A stretch of DNA of 64,000 bases. Source: Waterburya sp. (lineage in GTDB: Bacteria > Cyanobacteriota > Cyanobacteriia > Cyanobacteriales > Xenococcaceae). Under the pieces are notes generated by a model. That model saw only the letters and a program-made list of their open reading frames with translations. It ran no database searches and was not told where the DNA came from. Position 1 is the first letter of the stretch. Every line of letters begins with the position of its first letter. Shown piece by piece: positions 40,429 through 50,438 of the stretch. Location: the NCBI GenBank assembly GCA_965217895.1, contig CBDCJV010000002.1, positions 2,208,001-2,272,000 on the forward strand, read 5' to 3'. The position numbers were made by a program, and so were the translations under genes.

Positions 40429-40845
40429 ATGAAATATTGGATAAATACAATCTCTAGAGATCATGTGATGGTCGGAAAAAAAGAAGATTTTGTTCAAGCA
40501 GGTCCTGGAAAAGAAGCCCCATTAAAGAAATTACAAACCGACGATTACATGATTTTCTATTCTCCAAAAACATCATTGCAAAATGGCAAATCAGTTCAAG
40601 CATTTACAGCAGTTGCTAAAATAAAAGAGCGAGACGTTTATCAGGTTGTTGTAAACGAAAACTTTCAGTCTTACAGAAAAGATGCGAAATATGAACATTG
40701 TCAAGAAGTCCCAATTAGACCTTTAATTGAACAGTTAAAATTTATTACCAATAAAAAACATTGGGGCTTTAGGTTTAGATCTAGATTGTTTGAAATCAAT
40801 CAACATGATTTTGAGTTAATTTATAGGTTAATGAAAAATTTTTAA
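40429..40845 (+). CDS. EVE domain protein (UPF0310)
   Basis: YWINTISRDHV..GKEAPLKKL..DYMIFYSPK..QAFTAV..WGFRFR..FEI...DF. Confidence 0.88.
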   Translation: MKYWINTISRDHVMVGKKEDFVQAGPGKEAPLKKLQTDDYMIFYSPKTSLQNGKSVQAFTAVAKIKERDVYQVVVNENFQSYRKDAKYEHCQEVPIRPLIEQLKFITNKKHWGFRFRSRLFEINQHDFELIYRLMKNF

Positions 40846-40939
40846 GTTAGATAATGTCTACGGGATCTACTGATTGAAGCTTGTGAACGGCGATCGCACT
40901 AATATTCAAGAAAGACTCGGAAAATTTCATGGTTAATAT

Positions 40940-42289
40940 TTAAATTTCATTAGTTTTTGATTCTGAAAGAAAGCTGAGATGAACAGAGTCACCATCTTTT
41001 AAATCGCCACTGCTAGCCACAACAAATTCTTCTCCAGGTTTTAGTCCAGAAATAATTTCTACCCGTGAATTAGCGCGATCGCCCAATTTTACCTGTCGAA
41101 CTACAACTGTAGCTTTTTCTCCTTCTCGCTGGAGAACAAAAATTGTTGCCATATCTGAGTTGGAATTATTTTCTTTTATCTTTGCTGAAGCTAACTGAAC
41201 TGCTGTTTCGGGAACAACTAACGTTTTATCGCTTTGAGGAGTGAAATTAACCCGCGCTAGTAATCCTCTACCAATACGGCGATCGCTATTGGGAATAGTC
41301 ACCTCAATAGGTATCAGACGAGCAGTAGCATCGGCAGCCAAAGAAATCTGCGTCACTTTTCCTTTAAACGCTCGTTTGGGAAAGGCATCTAATTGTACCT
41401 GCGCCGTCTGTCCTACCTGAATCCTTGCCAGTTCTAATTCGGAGATCTGCACCTGTACCTTAATCTGGCTGAAGTCTCCTAATTGCAAGACTTCATCACC
41501 TACTTGCGCTAAATCTCCTGGTTCTAAAACTCTGGCTAAGACTGAACCCGTGACAGGAGAAGTCAACACGGTAAATGACTGCCTTTTTTGCTCCTGTGCC
41601 ACTAATGCCTCTTGAGCCGTCACGCGACCTTGAGCCGCTACTACTGCTGAGGAGCGATTGGCTACTTGTTGTTGTGCCGACTTTAATGCTTGTTGAGCAT
41701 TATCTAGGGTATTCTGTGCCTGTTCTGCCGACTGTTTGGTAACTGCACCTTCTCGAACAAGCTGATTCGACCGAGCAAGATCCGACTGTGCCTGCCGTAA
41801 TGTGATTTTTGCCTGCTCAATTTGAGTCAGACCTTCATTTACGTCTGCCTGAAGACTAGCTACTTCCGACTGGAGGGCAGCAACCTGAGCTTCGGCTTCT
41901 GTTACCGCAGCTTTTGAGATTGAATCATCAATTCTGGCTAATATTTGACCTTGCTCAACGCGATCGCCTACGTCTACTGTCATATCTAGTATTTGTCCTT
42001 CAACGCGCGATCGCATAGAAACCTCGCGCACTGGAAAAGTCGTGCCGACATACTCGGTATCTTTTTCTAGTGCGCCGAGACTAGCAACTACTACATCAAC
42101 AGATACAGTTTTTTCTTGCTGTTGAGGTTTGGAGGGGCTAGAAGATTTGCTTTTAGCATCTCCTGGAGGCAATAAACCGCAACCTGTCGAAAACAATAGT
42201 AATCCAGGCAACAAGATTATCCAATATATAAGTGTGGCTCGATTTGGCAACTGATTGATATATTTGGCAATGGAAAACCTGCGGGACAT
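40940..42289 (-). CDS. RND efflux periplasmic adaptor (MFP)
   Basis: Lipobox STGC, RSRVEG..VDVGDRV, coiled coil, SPVTG. Confidence 0.95.
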   Translation of the reverse strand: MSRRFSIAKYINQLPNRATLIYWIILLPGLLLFSTGCGLLPPGDAKSKSSSPSKPQQQEKTVSVDVVVASLGALEKDTEYVGTTFPVREVSMRSRVEGQILDMTVDVGDRVEQGQILARIDDSISKAAVTEAEAQVAALQSEVASLQADVNEGLTQIEQAKITLRQAQSDLARSNQLVREGAVTKQSAEQAQNTLDNAQQALKSAQQQVANRSSAVVAAQGRVTAQEALVAQEQKRQSFTVLTSPVTGSVLARVLEPGDLAQVGDEVLQLGDFSQIKVQVQISELELARIQVGQTAQVQLDAFPKRAFKGKVTQISLAADATARLIPIEVTIPNSDRRIGRGLLARVNFTPQSDKTLVVPETAVQLASAKIKENNSNSDMATIFVLQREGEKATVVVRQVKLGDRANSRVEIISGLKPGEEFVVASSGDLKDGDSVHLSFLSESKTNEI

Positions 42290-42347
42290 GATTGTTACGA
42301 AGAAGTAGGCAGCAGTAATTTAACTTTACTAAGTGTTGAATTAAACT

Positions 42348-42388
42348 ATATCAAACTGATATTCTAGATAATTATATCAATTTTATAT
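42348..42388. promoter_or_regulatory. Tandem putative PadR operators
   Basis: ATATCA-AAC-TGATAT (42348) and ATATCA-ATT-TTATAT (42374) in the divergent intergenic region. Confidence 0.65.
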
Positions 42389-42419
42389 TTAGAACTGTTT
42401 GTCTTAATGGTCACCAAAA

Positions 42420-42983
42420 ATGCTAGAGTTAGCTGCTCTTGGTTTACTACTTAAAAAACCTTTACACGGATATCTTTTAAAACAACAGCTAGAAAGGTTT
42501 ATGAGTGGCTGTATTAGCGTCAACTATGGGGCTATATACCCTCTACTTAAGCGACTAGAAAAACAGGGATACATCAAAACTTTTAAAAAATCAGTAGAAA
42601 ATACTGGCTCAAATCGCCAAGTCTATCAAATCACCGAGTCAGGACGCGATCGCTGGCGACAAGCAATGTTGGCGCATCCCCATGAAAGCTGGGTTAACAG
42701 TCGTTCTCGTTTCATGATTAAATTCTTTTTCTTTAGTCAATTAGAACCAGTAGAGCGAATTAAATTGATGCAGTCTCGCTTAATGACCTGTCAATTACGT
42801 CTAGAAAATCGCGAATCACAACTTGTTGAGCAAGATACCGAAGATCCCTATCAAGCGATCGCTCTACAACGTCATTTAGCTAATCTCCACTTTGAAATTG
42901 AATGGTTAAAAGCACAAATTCTTAAAGAACAGCCTAATACGCAATCGAATGAAGACTCTACTGTAGACTATTTATATCTTTAG
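42420..42983 (+). CDS. PadR family transcriptional regulator
   Basis: LGLL..PLHGY, YGAIYPLLKRLE..G, YQITESG. Confidence 0.95.
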   Translation: MLELAALGLLLKKPLHGYLLKQQLERFMSGCISVNYGAIYPLLKRLEKQGYIKTFKKSVENTGSNRQVYQITESGRDRWRQAMLAHPHESWVNSRSRFMIKFFFFSQLEPVERIKLMQSRLMTCQLRLENRESQLVEQDTEDPYQAIALQRHLANLHFEIEWLKAQILKEQPNTQSNEDSTVDYLYL

Positions 42984-43204
42984 TCTTCGATAACTTTGGC
43001 GATGGTTTGCAAAATTGGGCTATGAAAAAGCATAACTTCAAATAATTAGGAAGCTATGCTAAATATTTATATTTGATTTATATTTGCCCGCTCGATAATT
43101 AATAATTGCTGAGCCTAGAAAATTGACTAATAGATGAAATTTTATCTATTAATTATGTAAGAGTGTGAGAAATAGAAGTAAATGTGAGAGTGAAAAAATT
43201 AATT

Positions 43205-43828
43205 TTACAGAGCAAAGTTATTTTTAAAATCTAGTCTAGTCATAGGTTGATTAATTATCAATCCTTCTTGCCCTAGGGTTTTAAGCGGTTCTCCTTCAAC
43301 ATTAATCCAGACAGGAACATCAGGATTTGAGCTAGTAGCCGTATAAATAATTTGAGCTAATCTACTGCTCATAGAGGCACTACCGCCACCAGAAACAAAT
43401 TCTTTAGATAAGTTCAGGTCAATGCCTTTTTTATCTACAGTTAAACCCAATAACTTAGTTCCTGGAGGAATAGCCGTAGTGTATTGAGAGTCTTCAGGTG
43501 GACTAGATAACAAAGTTTCAAAAGCAGTTTTTAAGACTCGCTCAGATTTAACCGACTTTTCAAAAGTCATCGTCTTAGAAACCAATTCAATCTTGTTTCC
43601 TTGAGGATTAAGCCAGCAAATCTGGACAACTTTTTCTTGAGTAATAGGCTTAGGCGCGCTTGGTGTTTGTTCCTCAACTATGGGAGAAGGATGAGGCTGA
43701 GTTTTGCTAGCGTCTCGCTCTAAAGAAGATTTTGCCCACCAAGCAGCACCTCCTCCCGCAGCCAGAATAATCCCTGTGATTACTGCTACCACAGGCAGAG
43801 AAAAGCGATTTTTATTTTGATCCTGCAT
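43205..43828 (-). CDS. GerMN domain protein
   Basis: TAIPPGTKLL, LSKEFVSGGGSASM..RLAQIIYTAT. Confidence 0.9.
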   Translation of the reverse strand: MQDQNKNRFSLPVVAVITGIILAAGGGAAWWAKSSLERDASKTQPHPSPIVEEQTPSAPKPITQEKVVQICWLNPQGNKIELVSKTMTFEKSVKSERVLKTAFETLLSSPPEDSQYTTAIPPGTKLLGLTVDKKGIDLNLSKEFVSGGGSASMSSRLAQIIYTATSSNPDVPVWINVEGEPLKTLGQEGLIINQPMTRLDFKNNFAL

Positions 43829-43882
43829 GGATAATGCTCCTGCTTAAGAGAAATAGGTAAAAAACAAAAAACAAGTTTTGAG

Positions 43883-44761
43883 TTAGGGAATTGCTTTTAT
43901 CTCTTTTGAAGACAATTGTGATCCTTTTGTTTCCAGTTTGAGGAAGCCAACTAACTTTAATTTATCCTCGTTGATTTCTAATTGTAAGACACGAGCCAGG
44001 ATTCCGTCTGCTTGTAGAGAGTCCAAATTAAGGCGATCGCTAATACCTTCAGCAAAACCATTTAGTAGCCTGGACGACATAGGACGACCGTTTACAGTTC
44101 CTTGTGGCTCGCTAATGCGAATTGTTTTACCCTTAAAAACTTTTATTTTCAATTCCAAGGCGATCGCTAATTCTCTACTAGGTCTAGAAAGGGAGCTTTT
44201 AGCAGTTTTATCGATCTCAAAATTATTTACAGGTCTATTTAATTTAAATTTAATTTTTAAGCGATTTGCAGGGAGTAATGCCACCTGAAAATCTCGTAAT
44301 TGATAGGCAATATTTGTTGAACCAGCCCTGCGGGCTATAAGGCGATTGAGGTTGTTTGACAATTGCGCCAAAATTTCAGGAGATTCTAAAGCTTGATTGA
44401 GATTAGCTTCGGTTAAGATTAGTTTCCCCGCTCCCTGTAAAGGCTGGTCTAAAGACTCTCTTAATTCGTCGATGTTATTAAAATTTAATTTTGCTAAATT
44501 AACATCTAAGGGATCTGTTTCCAGTTCTAAAACCGCAATTTCCAGATCGGGCTTTACTTTTATGTCCCTAGCAGCAATTCTAACTTTAGTTAATTTTCCT
44601 TGGGCAATTTGATAACTAGGAGTGTTATCAATTCTAATTGCTTGTTTTTGGGAACTAATAATTTGGGACTTAATTCGATGGACAGCTACAGAATCTAAAA
44701 TCGCGCCTCCACTTGAGGTGAGAGAAAGCAACCCCGCTAGCACTATTGTCAGAATTTCCAT
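43883..44761 (-). CDS. DUF2993 / LmeA-like protein
   Basis: IRIDNTPSYQIAQGK, LELETDP, LTEANLNQAL. Confidence 0.75.
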   Translation of the reverse strand: MEILTIVLAGLLSLTSSGGAILDSVAVHRIKSQIISSQKQAIRIDNTPSYQIAQGKLTKVRIAARDIKVKPDLEIAVLELETDPLDVNLAKLNFNNIDELRESLDQPLQGAGKLILTEANLNQALESPEILAQLSNNLNRLIARRAGSTNIAYQLRDFQVALLPANRLKIKFKLNRPVNNFEIDKTAKSSLSRPSRELAIALELKIKVFKGKTIRISEPQGTVNGRPMSSRLLNGFAEGISDRLNLDSLQADGILARVLQLEINEDKLKLVGFLKLETKGSQLSSKEIKAIP

Positions 44762-44872
44762 ATATGGCCGTACAAGATTAGCTTAGAACAATTAGGGTAA
44801 TTGGCTCAAGGGTAGTAGGTAGTGGGTAGTAAGAAGATTCTTTGTCCTTATCCCTTATTTTTTATCCTTTTA

Positions 44873-45370
44873 TTATTCTGGATTGACTCTCATCAAAACT
44901 TGCCCAAACTCAACTGGTTCGCCATTTTGGACAGATATTTCCATAACTTGTCCTGATACTTCTCCTTCTATTTCGTTCATTAGCTTCATCGCTTCAATGA
45001 TACAGACTGTATCTCCTTTGTTAATGCGATCGCCTACGGCAGCAAAAGGGTCTTCATCGGGAGCAGGAGCAGAATAAAATGTTCCTACCATAGGCGATGT
45101 AATATCTACCCATTTTTTGTCATCTACTGTAGGAATAGTAGGTGCTACTTCTGGGGTAGCCGCAGTTTGAGTTGCGATCGCTCCTGGGATATTTGTTGTT
45201 TCAACAGCAGTGGGAGGTGCGACGCTAGCTTGAGGAATAGAAACTGCACTTTGTCCTGTTTGTTTTTTGACAACCAATTCAAAATCGCTATTTTTGAGAG
45301 TTAACTCCGTAATATCAGTTTGAGAGATCGCCCTTAGCAAATCGCGGAGTTCTTGAAAATTTATAGACAC
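44873..45370 (-). CDS. accB: Biotin carboxyl carrier protein of acetyl-CoA carboxylase
   Basis: SPMVGTFY; EAMKLMNEI biotinylation motif. Confidence 0.98.
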   Translation of the reverse strand: MSINFQELRDLLRAISQTDITELTLKNSDFELVVKKQTGQSAVSIPQASVAPPTAVETTNIPGAIATQTAATPEVAPTIPTVDDKKWVDITSPMVGTFYSAPAPDEDPFAAVGDRINKGDTVCIIEAMKLMNEIEGEVSGQVMEISVQNGEPVEFGQVLMRVNPE

Positions 45371-45476
45371 AAACTATACAACCATTATTCTAGTAATTTT
45401 GCCAGATCTCCAAGATAGCTGTGTAGTATTGCATATCTAAGAGATTGAGAAACCCGTCGCTCAATTCAGGAGGGGA

Positions 45477-46037
45477 TTAATTTTCTCTACCCAAGTAAGA
45501 ACCATCACGAGTATCAACTTTAATTTTTTCACCGATAGAGATGAACAAAGGTACCATTACCTGCGCTCCAGTTTCAACGATGGCAGGTTTTGTTCCTCCT
45601 GTGGCAGTATCCCCTTTAACTCCAGGATCGGTATCGGTAATTTCTAAGACTACTGAAGTAGGTAGCTCGATCTCCAATACTTTTTCGTCCCAGAAAATAA
45701 CGTTAACCTCCATTTCTTCTTTAAGAAAATTAATGCGATCGCCTAAGTTTTCTTCATTTAGGCGCGTTTCTTCGTAGGTTTGCATATCCATAAAGACAAA
45801 TTCTTCTCCGTCTTTATAGGTATACTGCATAGTGCGCTTTTCTAAATTTGCTTGGGGAACAGTTTCACCAGCGCGAAAGGTTTTTTCTACCGTATTACCC
45901 GTTTGCACATTTTTGAGCTTAGTTCTGACAAAAGCAGAGCCTTTGCCTGGTTTGACGTGAAGAAATTCTACAACTCGCCAGACAGAGCCATCAAGCTCAA
46001 CAGTAACCCCTGTGCGAAAGTCATTACTAGAAATCAT
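45477..46037 (-). CDS. efp: Translation elongation factor P
   Basis: [23 protein letters not shown]; conserved efp-accB order. Confidence 0.99.
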   Translation of the reverse strand: MISSNDFRTGVTVELDGSVWRVVEFLHVKPGKGSAFVRTKLKNVQTGNTVEKTFRAGETVPQANLEKRTMQYTYKDGEEFVFMDMQTYEETRLNEENLGDRINFLKEEMEVNVIFWDEKVLEIELPTSVVLEITDTDPGVKGDTATGGTKPAIVETGAQVMVPLFISIGEKIKVDTRDGSYLGREN

Positions 46038-46445
46038 GAAGCTAAAAATACTTGCTTAGAGATCGACATTTAATTGTACCTGATGGAGGACTTTAAAAGG
46101 GATCGAGGTATAAATCAAGGATTTTTAAGTCCTAAAATTCTCGATATAACTGGATTTATTGCTGCAAACAGCCGAAACTTAGTCATATCTTATTCTTTTA
46201 TGCCAAATTCTTCACCAAAAGTTAATAATGCTTGATGGACTACAGGATATACTACAAACTGGATAAGTAGAAATTTTGCTGAAATTAATCTTTTGCCAAA
46301 AGATTACCGTTATTTTCACGAAAATGATGTTTATAATGCTGTACCTTATCCAAACCCAAAAATTTTCTAGCGATAGTCCTGCGCATAAGTATGATTGGCT
46401 ACGTCATATAGAAAAATATATAAAACTTATAAATTAATTAGATCT

Positions 46446-47486
46446 ATGAATCCAGAGGTATCGATAATAATTCCTACTTACAATAGCGAGAATTATATTG
46501 CTAAAGCTTTAAAATCTGTCTTTAATCAAACCTACAGTAATTTTGAAATCATATTGATTGATGATGCCTCAAGCGATTCTACAGTGGAGATTGCCAGTAG
46601 TTGTAACGATAAAAGACTTAAAATAATTGCCAATAAACATAATCGTGGCGTGAGCTATGGACGCAACTGTGGCATCAAACAAGCAAAAGGACAGTGGATT
46701 GCACTTCTCGATTCTGATGATTGGTATGCACCTCAGCGACTTGAAAGGTTGTTGTCCGCAGCAAAAAAAAGCCGTATAGACTTGATTGCAGACAATTTGT
46801 TGCTTATTCAAGAACAAGCAACAATGTATTGGAGTACTCTTTTGCAAGAAAATGCACAGGATCTATTTTCTGCACAACTGATTAATGCTGTAGAATTTGT
46901 GACAAGCGATCGCCTACCTTCTATTAATGCTAAACGTAACTGGAGTCTCGGTTATCTAAAACCTCTAATTAGAAAAGAATTTTTGGTTGAAAACAATATT
47001 TGGTACGATGAAGCCTTAAACGTCGGCGAAGATTTTAGCCTTTACTTGGAATGTTTAAGACATCAAGGACGCTTTTATCTTATTCCTGAAGCTTACTATT
47101 ATTATCAAACTCGCTCTCTTTCTCTATCTACTAGAAAACCCACAGAATATCTATCTCAGTCTTGTGAAATAACTCAACGCTTTATCAATCGAGAAAACTG
47201 TGTCTCCAGAGATAGCAAATTGCTTAAGGCTTTATTGCAAAATTTAGCAGCTTTTGAAAGAAGACTGGCTTATCAATATTTGTTAGAAAATATCAAAAAC
47301 AAAAAAATACTGAAAATTTATCAACAGATTGTTGAAAAACCTTATCTTTTAACAGATGTAACTATTAGACTGCTTTATGTTTTGGTCAATAAATTTGAAT
47401 CCAAGCTAGATTTAAAGAAGATTTATCAAAATATTAATGCTTCTTATCTTAAAAACCCAATTTTTACTTCTGAGATATTGAAATAA
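46446..47486 (+). CDS. Family 2 glycosyltransferase (ExoO/ExoU-like)
   Basis: VSIIIPTYN, LIDDAS, RNCGI, LDSDD, GEDF; start placed at MNPEV. Confidence 0.92.
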   Translation: MNPEVSIIIPTYNSENYIAKALKSVFNQTYSNFEIILIDDASSDSTVEIASSCNDKRLKIIANKHNRGVSYGRNCGIKQAKGQWIALLDSDDWYAPQRLERLLSAAKKSRIDLIADNLLLIQEQATMYWSTLLQENAQDLFSAQLINAVEFVTSDRLPSINAKRNWSLGYLKPLIRKEFLVENNIWYDEALNVGEDFSLYLECLRHQGRFYLIPEAYYYYQTRSLSLSTRKPTEYLSQSCEITQRFINRENCVSRDSKLLKALLQNLAAFERRLAYQYLLENIKNKKILKIYQQIVEKPYLLTDVTIRLLYVLVNKFESKLDLKKIYQNINASYLKNPIFTSEILK

Positions 47487-47503
47487 TTGAGCATTTAAGC
47501 AGG

Positions 47504-47526
47504 CAATACGCTTGATGTGAATTAGC
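47504..47526. repeat. Solo MITE-like end matching 55200-55222
   Basis: CAATACGCTTGATGTGAATTAGC vs CAATACGCTTAGTGTGAATTAGC (21/23). Confidence 0.65.
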
Positions 47527-47663
47527 GGTAAGGAAGGGGTATCCCCCACATCTGCGCCTAAAGAGTTCGACATCAAAAAGCATTCTCTTGCATGGGAATG
47601 CTCACCAAGACAGCTTTGTTCTGATTTACTTATTTTTAGCTTTTAGCTCTTATCTTAGCCGAG

Positions 47664-47993
47664 TTAAAAATCTAACCGAAATTCCAAACCTCGTTCATGA
47701 AAACCTAATTTTTGATATAGTTGATGAACTTGAGGGCGAGATTTTCTGCTGGTGGCAATTAGCTTATAACAACCCTGTTCTTTGGCAGCCTCAATTGCCT
47801 GTTCAATTACTTGCGTTCCTAAACCTCTGCCTCGATGATTTTCAGCAACATAAACATCTTCAAGTAAACCAAAAGGCTCTCGATGCAAATCATTGTGCAT
47901 GATATATAGATAAGCTCTTGCTATTTCACTTTCCTCTTCAACAAGAGAAAATTTAATTCCTTTGGCGTTGACAGTTTGCGCTTTAACTTTCAT
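47664..47993 (-). CDS. GNAT family N-acetyltransferase
   Basis: LEDVYV..HRGRGLG, LYQKLGF; start placed at MKVKAQ. Confidence 0.9.
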   Translation of the reverse strand: MKVKAQTVNAKGIKFSLVEEESEIARAYLYIMHNDLHREPFGLLEDVYVAENHRGRGLGTQVIEQAIEAAKEQGCYKLIATSRKSRPQVHQLYQKLGFHERGLEFRLDF

Positions 47994-48204
47994 TTTTTCA
48001 GCAATCTGAATTAAGTAGGTTGGTGGAATTAAATGTAAAACCAAATAAGCAATATATTACAAGCTATTTTCGTTCGACTATCTTCTAATTAATTTGTCCT
48101 AGCTACTTAGTTGGCAATGTGTTATCTCAGCACTAAAGATTTGTTCTACTGCATAATAAACTATATAAGTCTTTCTACATAGAGTGCTAAGGAATTAAAA
48201 CAGA

Positions 48205-49524
48205 ATGGGGATTGAGCAACAAGAATACCGCCAACGTCAGCAAGAATTAATGTCCAAGATTGGCAACGGTACGGCAATTTTCCGTAGTGCGCGGTTGGCT
48301 ACTATGCACAACGATGTTGAATATACCTACCGCCAGGAAAGCAGCTTTTATTATTTAACTGGATTTAATGAACCAGAAGCGGTGGCAGTATTCGCGCCTC
48401 ATCATGAAGAACATCAGTATATTCTCTTTGTGCAGCCTAAAGACCCTGAAAAAGAAACTTGGACGGGCTATCGTTGCGGTGTAGACGCAGCCAAAGAAAT
48501 TTATGGTGCGGACGAAGCCTATCCTATTGCCGAATTAGACGAAAAACTACCTCAATACTTAGTTAATGCCGATCGCATTTATTATCATTTAGGTAGTGAG
48601 GAAAGTTTTAATAACACCATTATCTCTCACTGGCAGAGACTAATGCGAGGCTACCAAAAACGTGGCAAAGCTCCTTTAGCACTAGAAGATACTCGACCTC
48701 TCACATTTGCGATGCGCTCAGTCAAAAGCCCTGGCGAAATTGCCATGATGCGTCAGGCAACCAAGATATCCGCCATGGCTCATAATCGCGCCCGTGAATT
48801 TGCTCAGCCAGGGCTTTATGAATATCAAGTACAGGCAGAAATAGAGCATATATTTCGCAAGGAAGGAGGAATCGGTATCGCCTATCCTTCAATTGTGGCA
48901 TCGGGTGAAAATGCCTGTATTTTGCACTATATAGAAAATGAACGCCAGATGCAGGACAATGAATTGCTGTTAATCGATGCTGGCTGTTCCTATGGCTATT
49001 ACAATGGCGATATTACCCGTACTTTTCCCGTGGGGGGAAAGTTTACTTCAGAACAAAAAGCCCTGTATGAAATTGTTTTAGAGGCACAGCTAAAGGCGAT
49101 CGCCGAAGTTGTGCCAGGTAAGCCTTATAATGAGTTTCATGATATGGCTGTCTGTGTAATCGTTCAAGGTTTATTAGATTTAGGATTACTTCAAGGTGAC
49201 CTGGAAGAAATCATTAAAGAAGAGAAGTACAAACCTTTTTATATGCACCGAACAGGACATTGGCTAGGTTTAGATGTCCATGATGTAGGAATATATAAGC
49301 ATAACGAGGAGGATTGGCAAAATCTTACTCCTGGACATATAGTCACAGTTGAACCAGGAATTTATATTTCTCCCCACATTAAACCTGCCGAAGGACAGCC
49401 AGAAATTCCCGACAAGTGGAAAGGTATAGGCATCAGGATTGAAGACGATTTACTCGTAACTGCCGATGGACACGATATTTTAACTTCAGATGTACCTAAA
49501 TCCGTTGCGGAAATGGAAAAATAA
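48205..49524 (+). CDS. pepP: Xaa-Pro aminopeptidase
   Basis: LIDAG..DITRTFP, HWLGLDVHD, TVEPGIY, GIRIEDD. Confidence 0.96.
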   Translation: MGIEQQEYRQRQQELMSKIGNGTAIFRSARLATMHNDVEYTYRQESSFYYLTGFNEPEAVAVFAPHHEEHQYILFVQPKDPEKETWTGYRCGVDAAKEIYGADEAYPIAELDEKLPQYLVNADRIYYHLGSEESFNNTIISHWQRLMRGYQKRGKAPLALEDTRPLTFAMRSVKSPGEIAMMRQATKISAMAHNRAREFAQPGLYEYQVQAEIEHIFRKEGGIGIAYPSIVASGENACILHYIENERQMQDNELLLIDAGCSYGYYNGDITRTFPVGGKFTSEQKALYEIVLEAQLKAIAEVVPGKPYNEFHDMAVCVIVQGLLDLGLLQGDLEEIIKEEKYKPFYMHRTGHWLGLDVHDVGIYKHNEEDWQNLTPGHIVTVEPGIYISPHIKPAEGQPEIPDKWKGIGIRIEDDLLVTADGHDILTSDVPKSVAEMEK

Positions 49525-49538
49525 TTACTGAATTACTT

Positions 49539-49600
49539 GGTGGGCATTAATGAGAGTGCATTTTTATGATGAACAAAATTTTATTTCATGCCCACCCTAC
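49539..49600. repeat. GTAG-type REP-like inverted repeat
   Basis: GGTGGGCAT ... ATGCCCACCCTAC. Confidence 0.65.
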
Positions 49601-49627
49601 TACTAACAACTAACAATTTTATTTGAA

Positions 49628-50386
49628 GTGAAAATTGCTAAATTAACCAAGGAAATAACTGAAGGTAAAGGGTATGTTATCTTACCTGATTTGCTAAGTC
49701 TTAAAGAAACAACAGAAGCGAGAAATTTAATTCTTGAACTTGCCCAACAGGAAAAGCAGGAAAATAAACTGGTTGTTCAGGATAAAAAAGAAAGACTGTA
49801 TGGCTTGATTTATAAAGGAGAGTTTTTCGCTAAATTAGTTCAAGACAAGCTTATTCTGGCAATTATTGAGGCAATTCTTGGGGAAGATATTGTCTTAGGT
49901 GGTTTCTCGGCGCATATTCTGAAGCCAGGGGCAAAAAGAATGGGCATTCATGTCGATTATCCATACTGGGCAATGACTTCTCCTTTTCCTAGCCAACCAA
50001 TTTTAGAGATTCAAGTTATTTGGCTAATGGAAGATTTTACTGCGGACAATGGCGCACCTTTGTTTGCTGCGGGAACACAAAACCTAGCCACCAAGCCGAA
50101 CAAAAGACAGTTTGAGCAAACGGCAGAAAAAATTACGGGAACAGCAGGAACAGCCATTATTTCCCATGGTCTATGTTGGCACGATACTTCGGTCAACAAA
50201 AGCGATCGCCCTAGAGTATCTTTACTGGGTAACTATACACCTCAATATGTTCATCCCTTAGAAAATAATCTATTTAATTATCAACCAGAAGTAATCGCTA
50301 ATTCTAGCCCCAAGCTGAGAAAGCTACTAAGACACACCTGGATGCCTAAAAATCAGCCTATGTATGGCATGAATTTTGTCAAATAA
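49628..50386 (+). CDS. Phytanoyl-CoA dioxygenase family (Fe/2OG) protein
   Basis: HVD facial motif, DFTADNGA, distal WH and R. Confidence 0.9.
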   Translation: MKIAKLTKEITEGKGYVILPDLLSLKETTEARNLILELAQQEKQENKLVVQDKKERLYGLIYKGEFFAKLVQDKLILAIIEAILGEDIVLGGFSAHILKPGAKRMGIHVDYPYWAMTSPFPSQPILEIQVIWLMEDFTADNGAPLFAAGTQNLATKPNKRQFEQTAEKITGTAGTAIISHGLCWHDTSVNKSDRPRVSLLGNYTPQYVHPLENNLFNYQPEVIANSSPKLRKLLRHTWMPKNQPMYGMNFVK

Positions 50387-50438
50387 TAAATGTTGTAGGT
50401 CATCACCGTCTTGAACGAGTCGCTTATTACCAATGCCT

